Shown piece after piece: positions 34,158 to 52,835 of a stretch of DNA of 64,000 nucleotides. Below the pieces are notes generated by a model. It had not been told where the DNA came from. It saw nothing but the letters and a program-made list of their open reading frames with translations, and did no database searches. The stretch is from assembly GCF_009914755.1 (NCBI RefSeq), contig NC_060925.1. One strand, written 5' to 3'. Position numbers and translations under genes: made by a program. How positions within the stretch are numbered: the first letter of the stretch is position 1; every line of letters starts with the position of its first letter. Origin of the DNA: the human T2T-CHM13v2.0 reference genome, Homo sapiens.

Positions 34158-35637
34158 AACATTTATCAATATCATTTTTACCATGTGTTTCAAGTTTTAT
34201 TTTTTTAAATTCCTATTTTAAATTTTTGCATATTTTTCAGTAATATTAGTATGCAAAGTTTTAAAAATTGTTCTTATAGCTGAGTTTTGACGTAAAATTT
34301 ATATTAACATTCCAAAACTAAGTGAAGGAATTTCTCTCTTTCCTTGCATTGAAACAGCTAGAATACAGATCTAGTAATTTTTGAGTGTTCAAATAACTTA
34401 CTTGTGTAGATGATGACTTGGTTATGCTTAATGAGGTTAAATTTAAAATATTTTTATGTTACCATATTATTATTCATTTAATTGGGTTTCTTATTACTTC
34501 TTGCAATGTAGGCTTCCCTTCAAAAGTTTATACTGATTTGCACATTTGTTACCACATATTTATAAAAAATAATCTTCTAAATATTTCAATTTTTCATCTG
34601 TGGTTATATATGCTTTTCATGCATAAATCACAATGTGACCGCTTTTTCTTTATTACTTTTTAGGAGTTTCATTTTTCCCAAAAAATCAGTTTTTTAATAT
34701 GTTATATATTTTAAAAACATTAATAACATCACTTTTTAGTATAATTATTCCCCATTTCTTTTTATAGCTGATTTGAGTGGATTCTGTTTCTTGTAAATAC
34801 ATTATTTCTAAGATAAACTGTTTTCTTTTTTATTATTTGTTTCATAGATATTGGACCATCCTTTAAATTTAGTGATTTTACTTTTTGAAAACTTCTTAGT
34901 ATATTTCAGCTGTAGAACAATTGAGTTTTAACTCATTATGCCATTTTAAAAATAGGCAAGTGTCTCAATTGCATTCTTGATTGATTTATATCTTTACATT
35001 TATAGTTTAATAACATTTTCTACTTTCTTTTCTTTCTCTTGCTTTTGTGAGTTTCAATTTAAAAAGAAATTCTGTCATCACTTCAATTGAAATAGAAATT
35101 ACTTTCAAGCATTTATAAAAGATACACAAACATTAATTAAAACATCAATTTGATGTATAAAAATAATTCGGGAGTTGATAGCCCAACTACAAAGATCTTT
35201 ACTTCATTATGAACTACCACAGTATAAATGGTTTTCTAGGCCATGGTAGAATTACATGACCTTTCCAGTTGGCTCTATGACAGAGCCATGATTCTCTTAG
35301 AAATTTCAAATGTCACTAATGATGGTCCATGTTAGTATCTGTGACTCTCCATGTGTAAGATATGTTTTGCCTTTGTTTTTGTTACTATACATCATTCCTA
35401 ATCCTATTTTAGGCTCTGTTCTCCACTTGTTCAATGGATCCATGAATCTGAATTCACAGAAGAATTTCATTGCTGGATCAATCCCTGCTCTGTCCTACAT
35501 CACCATTTTTAACACTCATGGTTGGCTTACCTTCATCAGCTAAAAGCATGCTTCAATGTCGCTCATACTGAGAAATTAAAAACAGGCAACAAAACATCTT
35601 GTAACTAGAGTCCCCTCCACGCACTGGATTTTCTGGG

Positions 35638-35898
<261 letters not shown>

Positions 35899-36309
35899 TG
35901 ATTTTCTGTTCATCTTACAGGAAAATTTAATCTTTATAATTAGATGCTGTATCCACTATCTTTACCTCTTTTCTCTTTCTCTCTTGAACTTACTTCAATA
36001 AGTCTTTTATGTCCTTTCTTATCCTCCACATTCAGATGAAATATACATCCCTAGCTTCCTCGGCGTTCTCTCTCCCCTTCTTCCTCTGTCTTCCCCTCTC
36101 TCTCACCCATACCCCCAGACTCCTTAACTTCATATGCTTCTCCTTTCAATCACTTTGAGCTGAATTTGTTTTGATTTTTTTTTGTACCTTAAATGTCAGA
36201 ACCAAGGGCATGACATTTAGATTTGAACCTCAGCTCTCATCTCGTATACTCACCCATTCTCCAGCTGATCCCTAGAAATCTTGTATCCTTAAACACAATA
36301 ATGATCTTT

Positions 36310-36503
36310 GCATATATACATATATACATATACATATGCATATATACATATATACATATACTACTCTTGAAGAATGTAAAATATACATTTTATGCATATA
36401 TAAAAATACATATATATAAAACATACATGTTATGCATATGTATACATATACATATATATGTGTAACATGTATATTTTATATATATACATATATACACACA
36501 CAC
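36310..36503. repeat. (TA/CA)-rich low-complexity tract
   Basis: tatatacata repeats. Confidence 0.85.
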
Positions 36504-38874
36504 ATTTTGTTTATCATTGTTTATCCAGAACATAGAAGAGTTCTGGCACATAGTAAGGGCTTAAACTATTTTTCTTTATTAGATAAATAAATAAAAATAT
36601 GTGGCTCTTGTCAAATGCTAAGAATACTTAGATATGTATTGTTTTAATTATCTTTTACTTTTCCTAGTTAGAATCAATTCTGCATCTCAGCTCTGTCAAT
36701 AAAGAAAGTCTCCAACTTATCACCTTTTTCCACCTTTCACATTTCTAGTTTCTAATTTGGGTCAGCAGTTTGTTATTTTTAGTAATTTTGAATACTCTAT
36801 AATGTTCTGTATGTTTCCACCCGTAACTTATAAACTTATAACCACCTGTGACTAGTTTCTTAGATTTAAATTTACATAAAAACTACTGTCATGCTTATCC
36901 ATAACACATACTTGTAGATGTATACTTGCAATTTCTGCTTTTAATTTTTGTATGTCTCGGTTTTCATAAACAGATCTGTACAGAAATGTTATTTTTGTAA
37001 TATAATTTAAAATCTTTATCTGTTATTTATTTTATTTTCGGTCTTCAGATATATTATCCATATAATATTTCCATTGTGTGGACTCTATAACTATCATCTT
37101 TGTCTTTATTTCTAAATTTTTTGATATAATTTTTTTCACAGCTTCTAAGATTTTCTTGAGATTACACTTCACAACACTTGATTTAATATTTGGCAGGACT
37201 GATTCTCTGCTTAATTTAATTTTACTTATGATACAATTTCTGTTATGCTTTTTTCTTTAAGAAATATTTTTATCTACTTTTGTAATGATTTATGCAAGAA
37301 ATTTCTTGATCTTTTCATTTTTTACTCTGTTCACTATACCCCAGGTAACCCACTTAACATTTTCCAAAACCTATAGTATAACTGTTCATTTTTGTAAAGA
37401 TATATTTTATGCAAATTACTTTAAAAAACTATGACTTTCTTTGACTATCTTTTTTTCTAACTCTTAGTAGAGATATAAGTTAGAAAAATATTTATCATGT
37501 ATGAAAAACATAATAGAGAAAGAGCTGTAGTAAATGGGCAATGATAATTACTCTTCGTGTCAGATAGACAATAGTTTATAAACCACAGAATGAATATTCA
37601 ATAAAAGAGACACAAACCTAATCTTCTTCCTCAAGAGAAGGAATAAATTTACATGTTTCTGTTAGTTTTCTAATTCTTTTTCTCTTGGCTTAATTTCTTA
37701 AAAAAAATCACCTTAATATTTGTCCATTGGGCCATCAATTTGTGAGCTTTTCATTAAGAAATAAGTAAAAAAAAATCCATAAATTAAGAGTTTCTGTAAA
37801 AGAGGAGCAAGAGGATCAAGAGACACTGTATTTAAGAGATTATAACTCAAGATCTTCATTTTTCTCACATTTTATAAAAGTGAATATATCTATTTTAAAA
37901 ATATGTACACCTTTTAATTTTTTAATTCTTCCAAGTATAGTTGAACTTTCTCATATTGAGAACCATATGTTATCAATTATGTCCAAAATACTAGCTTTAA
38001 AACTCCGTTAAAAATAACTCATTTGGATATAATTTAGTCACAATCCTTGCTTCATAGACTAGAATGCTGCATTGCCCAGTCACATGAAAATTCCTGAGGA
38101 CCGGAGTACTATACAATAGTTCTATATATACTATTCCATAGTTTGTGCTTCTGTTGCATGATCATAGCATTCCCTTGCCACCCCACACACCAGTTTAGTG
38201 ACTAAATTTTAAATATAAGTTGACAATTTCCACCATATTTGATGAAATATAGGCAAGGTGTTTTACTAATTTACACCTCAATAATTTTGTCATTGCAAAC
38301 TTACAGGTAGATCTGCTTACATCTCAATCACCACGATGACTAATAGGTTTGCAATTTTAAAAATTAGGATACTTCCTATAAAACACACTCTATAAATAAA
38401 TGAAATGTATTCTAATAGGAAATCAGTCGCCATGGTAGTTTTTTTGAGACACAATATTTGTCTTCAAAGCATGTAACTCACTAGGGTGTTCTTCAAAGGT
38501 AGGTCATGTGAAATTGGTGATGTCAAATCTCATCATATTCACTTGCTTTTGTATGAGATTTCTTTGAGGTATAGAATTTACCCTGTTGTGGTAACTACTT
38601 TTGCGCATTGAATCTATTAAAGATTCCATATGTGTTTTTTGTATGAGTTAGATAAGCTATGCTTTTTTCAACATTTTGATCTAATTTGAAAATGTATGAG
38701 TGCCCACTAAAAATATATTAAAGACCTTGAGGTTTTCAAGTGGTAGTTATTTTACAATTATAATGTAGTATTCTTACTTTGCATTTATTGTCTGTAATTA
38801 ACGGTAGGAAACAAGTGACATATGCTTATGTAAAAATTTTAAAGCCACAGAAATGTTGCCTCTTAGATCATATT

Positions 38875-39330
38875 TACTCATTCAAAGAAACCAGAAAGTT
38901 ATTCAGTGCCTATGTGACAGGCACCATGGGATCTAATGTAATCACAGGATGCATTAGGAGCACACATTGATCGAATACAAAGACATTTTCAAGAGGGAAC
39001 AAAAGTGTAATGTTAGTATAAATACAGAGTACTTTACAAGTAGCACAGGAAAATCACATAGTTAAATATTGAATAAAAATGTTTTCGAGGAATGCTGGAT
39101 ACAACCTGTAACTGGCATAACAGGTGTTAGAGGTATTAAGCTAAACTGGGAATGGGGAAAGCAGAGAGATAGTCAAGTTGTAGGATGGAGAAAGGAGAAG
39201 ACCCAAGAAGAATTGTGCAAATGCTAAGTGGTAAAGAAAGTGGGAAAAAATAGCCTATATAATGGAATGTTTATGGCTCCGTTTAGCTGGGCCAAGAATG
39301 TTCCTTTGGGAAAGGAGGTCAGAGGCTAAA
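38875..39330 (-). mobile_element. L2 3' fragment
   Basis: ttattcagtgcctatgtgacaggcac followed by purine-rich L2-like sequence. Confidence 0.45.
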
Positions 39331-40107
39331 CCATTGTTTTTGAACTTTCACCAAAGTCTTGATTCGAAACACGTTTATCAGTTCCATGAATCTTTTATTT
39401 TGTAGTTGCTGAATTATACATTTTGATCATACCTGCGATTCATTTGTTTCTGTTTATTCAACTGAATTCCAACCATTTTCTCACATATGGCAATTATGTT
39501 CTTAGATCTGAAACATAATAGTGTCTTTATTATTCTATTTTTGTGCCTATAAATAGCTATTATAATTTTTTTTCAAAAATCTAAACAAGGCCTTTGTCCT
39601 ACTTTGGTGTACTGAGGATGACATTCCATATTTCATTTCTTATTTTGTGTGTGCATCTGCATATTTGTGTGTGTGTGAGTGCGTATGCACACATATTTTC
39701 ATCCCCTATTCAGGAGAAATGCCTATTAGGATCACTGCATAAAATAATAGGTTTGAAAACAGTGTTGTCAGAAAGCAATGTCAAAGCCATTAGGGGTATT
39801 CTATTCCACTCTACAAACCGAGTTAATGGAGGCATATATAGGGAGTTGAAAGATATTAGCCGTAATCTATAAGAATGTAGAAATTTAATACATCCACAAT
39901 AAAATGCCAGAACTAAAAGAGCTAACTGCAACTTGCATCTACTCTAGATTCTTGCATTTAATAGCTGTTTAATAATTAGACACTGTAATATAGGTACTTA
40001 TATAAGCTTTATATTTATGATATTCTGAAGAGGGAAGAGCATTGCAAGGCAAAGATGTTTACAGAATGTGAGAAGGTTAAATGTTAATTTTAATGTAAAA
40101 AAATATA

Positions 40108-40562
40108 TAATCTAAGTGTTCATCAACACATAAATGGATGAGAAAAATGTGGTATATATACACAATGGAATACTATTCCGCATTAAGAAATGAAATTTTG
40201 TCATTTGCAGACATGAAATTTGTTAAGTGAAATAAGCCAAGCATAGAAAGATACCACATGTACTCACTCATATGTGGGCACTAAAAAATTTGGTGGCATG
40301 TAGGTAGAGAGTAGAAAGATAATAGAGTTAATAGAGACTTGGAAGAGTAAGTGGAGATAAGGGAAGAGAATGAAGAGAACTGGTTTAAAGGTTACAAACA
40401 TACAGTAAGATAGAAGGAAAAAATTCAATGCTATATAGCAGATTAGAGAGACTAGATGTAACAAAAATGTATTGTATTTGGGTGATGGACACTAAGCCCT
40501 GACTTAATCACTATGCATTACACAAAATTTCTCATGTATCCCATAACACTGTAAAAATAAAA
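40108..40562 (+). mobile_element. L1MA3-like 3' end
   Basis: catacagtaagatagaagg...gggtgatggacac...ccctgacttaatcactatgc. Confidence 0.8.
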
Positions 40563-41739
40563 TATGTATATATACTCTATTCCATTCTTTCCCTTCGGAC
40601 ATTGTGATGACTAATATACATTTTAAATGTTATCTTTTAATTCTATTATTAACTTTTTTGAAAGTGAAATGTGATCAGAATAAGCCTGTATTTTGCCACT
40701 AAACGTGCCGTTATTAATACGAGTAATTTTTTTTGTCCAAGTTTAGTAATTTAGCATTCTTAAAATTTGGCTGCTTTTTCATGTCATTCCATGAATACCA
40801 TTGAAAGGCAATTATTTCTAAATAAAGGTAGTTTATAGATATGATAAATAATATTTAAAATGAGTCTTTTCTGTGAGATTTTTAAACACCAAAAAAGTGC
40901 ACATGCTCACAAAACATACATGAAAGTTAATATTAGACAATATTTACTATATTTATGAAATAAATAATATTTTAACCACAAAATCAACATTTTTCTAACT
41001 GTAAAATATTGCCAGATAATCAACAAGGATTAAGCACCATGTTGGAACAAAAGTAGTCTAGAATTATACTTTCAAAGCTGAGCACCTGCTGTAAAATAAC
41101 CATCTGTGATTAACTGTAATTTAATTATAAATTCATTTCTTTTGTGTATACTGGAAAGATCTCACAGGTCTTCCCAAGTTGGTTGACAATCAACTTCTGG
41201 TATTTTGTCAAGCACACTTGCATATTTTCTTAATAGCACCTGCTAACTCTATTTCACTGCAAATTTTGTAAAGAGCTTCTGGGACTTTATGGTGGCACTA
41301 ACAGGCAAATGAATTATTAAATCTGTAATCAAAGCTGCATTAATTTATCATCTGCAGTAGAAAGCTGATGCTGAAAGCTTTAGGATAAGTTTATGTTTAC
41401 CTATAAAAAGTCATATGAAAAGTTTAGATATTTAATAGAATAATTGAGGTAGCCAAACATTTGTGACCATCTTATTTTTTAGAAGTGGTTTTCATTATTT
41501 TAGCAACAATTATTTATCTAATTGTTGTCTTCCTTTGCAATAATTAAATGATGATAAAATTAAAGTTATTATACTTTTCTATTTGCATTGATAATTATCA
41601 ATTAACTTTTTTATTAGATATTTCAAAAATGTTACACTCCTTTTTTACAGAAATTTTTCAATAACTTATTACTGACTCAAAATTCAAAACAGCCATAAAG
41701 CAGAACCAAATTCTGCTGGCCCAGATTGACTTACAGAAT

Positions 41740-45325
<3,586 letters not shown>

Positions 45326-45384
45326 ACATTAAAATATTACCTTCAAAGTTTTGAGGTAGATTTAGTAATAATAGAATATTTAAT

Positions 45385-45605
45385 TACAGCAAGTGTTTAT
45401 TGAACAGTTTTACAGTCAGTTTGAAAAGTATTTTAGATGCTTTACTTAATTAAATTATGTTATTACCTTTATAAGAGAGATATAGTGAGAATTCCCATTT
45501 TATAGCTGAGAAGACCAAGCAAGGTAAGGTAAATACACTTGCACAATATCACACTGGTAACTGATTCAAATCTAGGCAACCTGGCCTCAGAGAATATACT
45601 TTTAG
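45385..45605 (-). mobile_element. MIR
   Basis: cccattttatagctgagaagacc...cacttgcacaatatcacac...gattcaaatctaggc. Confidence 0.7.
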
Positions 45606-46036
45606 AAATTAAACTTTATTTCAGAAATGTTTTACACTTGACATTTCGGCATTTCTGGCTTTATTTTCTACATTCTGTTTATTTCTATTGTTTTTCTTTT
45701 TCATCAGTAAATCTTAACTGAGGTTTTATCATGTGTGTATTCCTTGAACGAATCTTCTACAAATGAAAGTATCATGGAAAATTGTGTCACTGAGCTTATG
45801 TATTATAATCTCATTTATGTAGTGATAAAAATTTACATTTTTCCCAAACACTTAAGATAGAATTAAACTGGTGAAATGCTTACTCACATTATATATTCCC
45901 ATAAATTCAATGAAATAAAAATCTCATTTCTTTCTTTCTTTTATTTTTCCAATTATAGTGTCCTCCTTAAAGCAGCAGCAACACAGTCATTCTCCATTCT
46001 TCAATAATGTGCACTTTCTCATTGTCTTGCTAATAC

Positions 46037-46469
46037 TGTGTCCGGAGTTTGTCCCTTCCAGTGGGTTTGTGGTCTCACTGACTTCAAGAATGAAGCTGCA
46101 GAACTTTCCAGTGAGTGCTACAGCTCTTAAAGGTGGCCCGGACCCAAAGAGTGAGCAGCAGCCAGATTTGTTGTGAAGAGCGAAAGAACAAAGCTTCCAC
46201 AGCGTGAAAGGGGACCCGAGTGAGTTGCCACTGCTGGTTGGGGGTGGCCAGCTTTTATTCCCTTCTTTGTTCCCCCCCTCCATGTCCTGCTGATTGGTCC
46301 ATTTTACAGAATGCAAGTTGGTCCCTTTTACAGAGTGCTGATTGGTCCATTTTACAAACCTGTAGCTAGCCACAGAGCACTGATTGGTGCATTTTACAAA
46401 CCTCTTGTAAGACAGAGAAGTTATTCAAGTCTCCACCTGACCCATAAGTCCAGCTGGCTTCATCTCTCA
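46037..46469 (-). mobile_element. LTR12-family (LTR12F-like) ERV9 solo LTR
   Basis: tgtgtccggagtt...gctgattggtccattttaca repeats...cagctggcttcatctctca; TSD ATAC. Confidence 0.9.
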
Positions 46470-48934
46470 ATACTAGTTGAAGACATCATCAGATCCTGTG
46501 CAAAATAAATAAATAAATAAATAAACTAACAAACAAACAGTTATTCACTAATAAAAAGAGCCCAGAAAGGGACTTCACCAGATAATCGGGAGCAACACAT
46601 AGAGAAAAAAAAAAAAAAAGAATATTACATAGAAAAGTTCACTGGTAAGATCCACACACCTAAGACTGTTGAAGATGGCCAGGAGCAAAGAAGAAAGATG
46701 GAGGATGTCAGTATTAGCAATGTGGCAGAAACCACTGCAGCCCCAGTGGCCTGTTCAGCAAGAAGACCCTGGTATATCCTGACAGTGAGGTAATCAGAGA
46801 GGAGAACTTCGGAGAGGAGATTTCCAAAACGAAAGATGAAGAAAAATCTTATATAATGATTGAAGGATAAAGTCATCAAAAAGATATAACAACTGTAAAT
46901 GTATATGCACCTAATATCAGTACACATAAATATGTAAAACAAATACTAAAGGATCTGAAGAAAAAAATAGACTGCAACACAATAGGGGAATTCAGTACCC
47001 CACTTTTAATAATGGAGAGATCATCCAAAAAGCAAATCAATCAGGAAATATTGGACTTGAGCTGCACTTAGACAAAATGGACCTAACTGATATATACAGA
47101 ACATTCCATCCAACAGCAGCAGAATGTACATTCTTCTCAAGCATACACAGAACCTTCTCAAGGATGAATCATGTGTTAGTTCACAGAACAAGTCTTAATA
47201 AATTTAGAAAAATTAAAAGTAATGTCAACTATATTTTCTAAATACAAATAGTATAATAAAAATAAATAATAGAAAAGTTGAAAAATTATGTATGTAGAAA
47301 TTAAAAGACATTCTTCAACTAATGGGTCATACATTAAACAGGAAAATTCTAAAAATACCTTGAAACAGACAAAAAAGGGAATACAACATATGAGAATTTA
47401 TGAGATACAACAAAAGCCATTCTAAGAGACGTTCACAACAATAAATGCCTAGGTCAAAAAGGAAAAAAAAAAGATGTAAAACAACCAACCTAACATTACA
47501 CCTCAAGGAACTAGAATAAAATAAAAATGAACTAAGCCCAAATTAGTAGAAGAAGGAAATCATAGAGATCAGAGCTGAAACAAATAAAATAAAGACTAGA
47601 AAAACAGTAGAAAACATAAATGAAAGTGAGTTTTTTTTAAGAGATATACAAAACTAACAACTCTTGTGCAGGAGTAAGAGAAAAGAGAGGAAATTCACAT
47701 AAAAATCAGAAAAGAAAGAGGAGATACTAACGAAACACAAAGGTGCATAAGAGATTACTGTGAAAAAATTACGCACCAACAATTTGGATAATCTAGAAGT
47801 AATGAACAAATTCTGAGACAAATACAACCTCCCAAAACTGAAAAACTAAAACCAAAGAATAACTGAAAAATTAAAACAAAAAAATAGAAAGTCTGAACAG
47901 AAAAATAATGAGAACGTGAGCAAATCAGTAATTTAAAAAATTTCTCCCCTCAAAGGAAAACCCAGGACCTAATTGCTTCACAGATGAATTTTATCAAACA
48001 TTGAAAGAAACACTAATACTAATCATTGTTAAACTCTTCCAAAAAGTTGAGGAAAAAACACCCAAACCCATTTTACTATGCCTGCTTATGCTAATGTCAA
48101 AGCCAGGAAAGGACACTACAGGATGAGAAAAGTATGGGCCATTATTCCTGATGAACTTACATGAAAAAATTCTCAACAAAATATTATTAAACTGAATTCA
48201 TCCGCACATTAAAAACATCATTTACCACATCCAAGTAAGATTGATCCCATGGATGCAAGATTGGTTCAACATATACAAACCAATAAATGTGACATATCAC
48301 ATTCATAGCATGAAGGACAAAAACTAACATATACTTTTATGATAAAAATTCTCAACAAATTAGATATAGAAGGAATGTACCTCAACAAAATATAGTCCAT
48401 ATATTACAAGCCCATGGCTAACTGCTAGAAGTTCAAAGCTTTCTAATTCAAGATCAGAAACAAGTATATTCAGTATAGTACTAGAAGTCCTAGCCAGAGC
48501 AAGTAGGCAAGAGAAAGAAATAAAAGGCATCACATTAAAAAGGAAGAAGTAAAATTGTCTTTGTTTGCAGATTACATGATATTATATATAAAAAACCCTA
48601 AAATCCCTACCATAAACTGGTTAGAAATAAAAATTCAGTAAAGTTGCGAGGTAATGAATGAGCTTTAAAAATCACCAGAATTTCTGTCAAGTAACAATAA
48701 ACTATCTGAAAAAGGAATTAAGAAAATTATCTGATTTACAATAGCATTAAAAAGAATGTGCACTAAATGTAACCAAGGAGGTGAAAGGGCTGTACGCTGA
48801 AAACTGTCAATTATTGATGAAAGAGGTTGAAGAAGACGCAATTAGGTGAAATGACAATCCATGTTAATGTATTAGAATAATTAATACTATTAAAATGTCC
48901 ATATGACTCAAAGCAGTATAAAAAATGCAATGTT

Positions 48935-49263
48935 GGCTGGATGCAGGAGCTAACACCTATAATCCCAACACTTTGGGAGGCCCGAGGCAGGTGGATCACT
49001 TGAGGTAAGGAGTCCGAAACCAGCCTGACCAACATGGTGAAACCCTGTCTCTACTGAAAATACAAAAATGAGTCGGGTGTGGTGGTTCACTCCTATAATC
49101 CCAGCTACTTAGGAGGCTGAGGCAGGGAATCGCTTGAATCTGGGTGGTGGAGGTTGCAGTGAGCCAAAATCACATCACTGCACTCCAGGCTGAGCAACAG
49201 AGAGAGACTTTGCCTTAAAAATACACACACACACACACACACTCACACACACACACACACACA
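48935..49263 (+). mobile_element. AluSx/Sz with (AC)n tail
   Basis: gatcacttgaggt, cctgaccaacatggtg; CA repeat at 49223-49263. Confidence 0.9.
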
Positions 49264-49652
49264 TGTAGTAACCTCTATCAAAATTCCAATGACTTTTTAC
49301 ATAAATAAAAAATTCGTTCTAAAATTTGTATGGAACCACAAAAGACAGGCAACTAGCAAAAGCAATCTTGAGAAAAAAGAACAAAGCCAGAGGTAGCACA
49401 CTACCTCAAAGCTATAGTCATCAAAACAGCATGGCACTAGTATAAAAACACACACAGACCAATGGAACAGAATAAAGAGCCCAGAAAGATAGTTTCACAT
49501 TTACTGTCAACTGATTTTTAACAAAAATGGCAGGAACACACAAGGAAAGGAGAGGGCCTTCAATAAATGGTGCTGGACAAACTGGATATCCATATGCAGA
49601 AGAAGGAAATTAAACTCTCATTTGATATCATATTAAAAAATAACTGAAAATG

Positions 49653-49792
49653 GGCCAGGCACACTGGCTCATGCCTTTAATACCAGAACTTTCACAGGCC
49701 TAGGCAGGGGGATTGCTTGTGCCCAGGAGCTAGAGACCAGCCTGGGCAACATAGGAAAACCCGATCTCGACTTAAAAATATAGAAATAAATC
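49653..49792 (+). mobile_element. FLAM / free left Alu monomer
   Basis: Monomer with J-type gattgcttgtgcccagg; TSD TAACTGAAAATG. Confidence 0.85.
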
Positions 49793-50289
49793 TAAAAATT
49801 AACTGAAAATGGATTAAAGTCTTAAATATAAGATGCAAAACTGTAAAACTACTGGAAGAAATCTTAAAGGAGAAGCTTCATGTCATTGGTCTTGGCAGAG
49901 GTATTTCGGATATGATCCAAAAAGCACATTCAACAAAAGCGAAAATAGACAAATAGGATTACATCAAACTTTAAAGCTTATTCATAGCAAAGAAAACAAT
50001 CAATAGAGTGGAAAGGCAACCTACAGAATAGGAGAAAATATCTGCAAACCATACATCTGATAAGGGATTAATATCCAAGCTATGTAAGGAACTCATACAA
50101 CTCAATAGTGAGAAACTGACACAATTATAAAATGGACAAAGGTCCTAAATAGACATATCAAAAGTAGACATACAAATAGCCAATTGATATATGGAAAAAA
50201 TGTTTATACATTCTTCAGGGAAATTCCTATGAGATTCAGGGAAATTCCTATGAGATTCAATGAGATACCACCTCATAGGTTAGGATGTC

Positions 50290-50598
<309 letters not shown>

Positions 50599-51539
50599 AG
50601 GATGGCTTTTATCACAGAAACATAAAAGATTGAAAATATTGGCAAGGATGTAGAGGAAAAGGGGACACTTATAGATGGTTGGTGGGGATGTGAATTAGTA
50701 TAGCCATTATGGAAAATAGTATGGAGGTTCCTCAAAAAATTAAAAACAGAACTACCATGTGATCCAGCAATCCTGCTCTTCAGTATATATGTAAAGGATA
50801 TAAAATCAGTAGTTGAAGAGATATCTTCATTCCCATGTTCACTGCAGCATTACTCACAATAACCAAGATATGGGTTCACACTGTCTTCATCAAAGGATGA
50901 ATGGATAAAGAAAATGAATGTGGTATGTATACACATCGTAATACTATTCATTATTTAAAAAGAAAGAAATCCTGTGATTTGCAGCACTGTGGATGAATCT
51001 GGAGAACATTATGTTGAGTGAAACAAGCCAGGCACAGAAACAAATAAATACTGCATGATATCATTTATATTTGGAGTGTAAAAATATTCAAACTCATAGA
51101 ACAGAAAGTAAAATGGTAATTACCACAGGCTGGGAGTTGAGCACATTGTGGAGATGTTAGTCAAAGGACACAAAATGTCAATGAGACAGAAAGAATAATT
51201 TCCAGAGATCTGTTGTTCATCACAGTAGTGACTACAGTTAATAACAATATATTCTATATGTAAAAATTTCTGAGAGTAAGAATAGATTTTTGTGTTCTCA
51301 CCTCCAAAAATGATAAATGTATGAGGTAATGCATATGTTAAATAGCTTGATTTAGCCCTTCTACAAAGTATGCATATACAAAAACATCATAGTGAGTACC
51401 ATAAATATGAGAAAAAAAATCCCGTCATTTGTCAATCAAAAAATTGCAACCCTACCACCACCACCAACAAAGAACAAAAACAAAAACAAAAACAGAAAAC
51501 AACGGCAACAAAAAACAGAAGGAAAGTGGGAAAGCAATT

Positions 51540-52690
51540 AAGAGGGCACTCGTAACTCTGCAATTAGTAGGAATATGCAGCCTTCAGAATAACCAGAAGT
51601 TAATCAGAGACAACAAAGAAAAGAGCCAAGAATAATACTCCTGGTATCACAGTCAACCCTGTGGTTAGGAAGGCTGCACATAAATGCCAGGTTACACCTG
51701 TTTCGGAGCAGAGTAAGCCAGATGTGGAGCAGACTTGACAATATTCTCAAAGCTATGCTCAGAATCATCAATAAAGAACAGAACCTCACTGGGACTATGA
51801 ACATAAGAAAAACGTTTTACCCAAAGAAAAAGATGAAAAATAAACTACAAAACACCTCACTCAACAACAATAGAATGCACCTTTTTCTCATGTACACATA
51901 ACATTCTCCAGACTAGATCATATGCTAAGACATAAAACAAGCCCCCCAAAATTAAAAATATTGAAATTATGCAAGGTATGTTTTCTGATTAAAATACAAT
52001 TAAATTAGACATCAGTAATGAAAGAAAGTGAAAATGCATATTATTAACTGTGTAAAAATTAAACAATGTAATCCTAATAACCAATGAAACGGGGGAAAAC
52101 TCACAAGGAAAATAGAAAATATTTAGAGATAAATAAAAATAGAAACATAGCATGCAAAAAATAATGGGATGCAGTTAAACAAGTCTTCAGAGGAAAATAT
52201 ACGGCTGTAAACGTGTACGTTAAAAAAGATTTCAATCAATAATCTAATCTTCTCCCTGTGGAAATGAGAAAAAAAAAGAGCAAGATAAATAAAACAGAAA
52301 ACCAATATAAAAACTCAATGAAAGCATAAGTTTATTGTTTGAAAAGATTAATAACATTAACAAACTCATTTTATGAGGCTGAAATTACCCTAATAGCCAA
52401 ACCAAAGGTTTCACAAGAAAATTATTGGCCAATATCCCTTAAAAATATAGATTCAAAAATCCTTAATAAAATACTAGCAATCTGAATCCAGCAACATATA
52501 AAATGGTCATACACTATGAAAAAGTAGGATTTATGGAAGGATTAAAAATTTGACTTAATATATAAAAATCAATCAGTGTAATACATTACATAAATTTAAG
52601 ATAAAGAAATATTTGAAAGTCTTAATAGATGCAGAAAAAGCATTTGGAAAAATCATGCACCCATTCATGTTAAAAGTGTTCAGCAAAGTT
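51540..52690 (+). mobile_element. Old L1M (L1MC/MD) 5'UTR and ORF2 fragments
   Basis: aaggctgcacata...; acattctccagactagatcatatgc; gatgcagaaaaagcattt. Confidence 0.7.
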
Positions 52691-52699
52691 TAATAGTAG

Positions 52700-52835
52700 T
52701 TCAAAATATTATAAAGTAGTGGAAATTTAAAAATTAGTATAATGGTCACATTACATTAAGTTTTATAAGTAATCTAGAGATGGCTTAAACTATGTGAGAA
52801 AATGTGCATAGGTTATATGCAAATGATATGGAATT
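52700..52835 (-). mobile_element. MER2 (Tigger-derived MITE), first half
   Basis: tataagtaatctagagatg...tgtgcataggttatatgcaaat. Confidence 0.8.
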
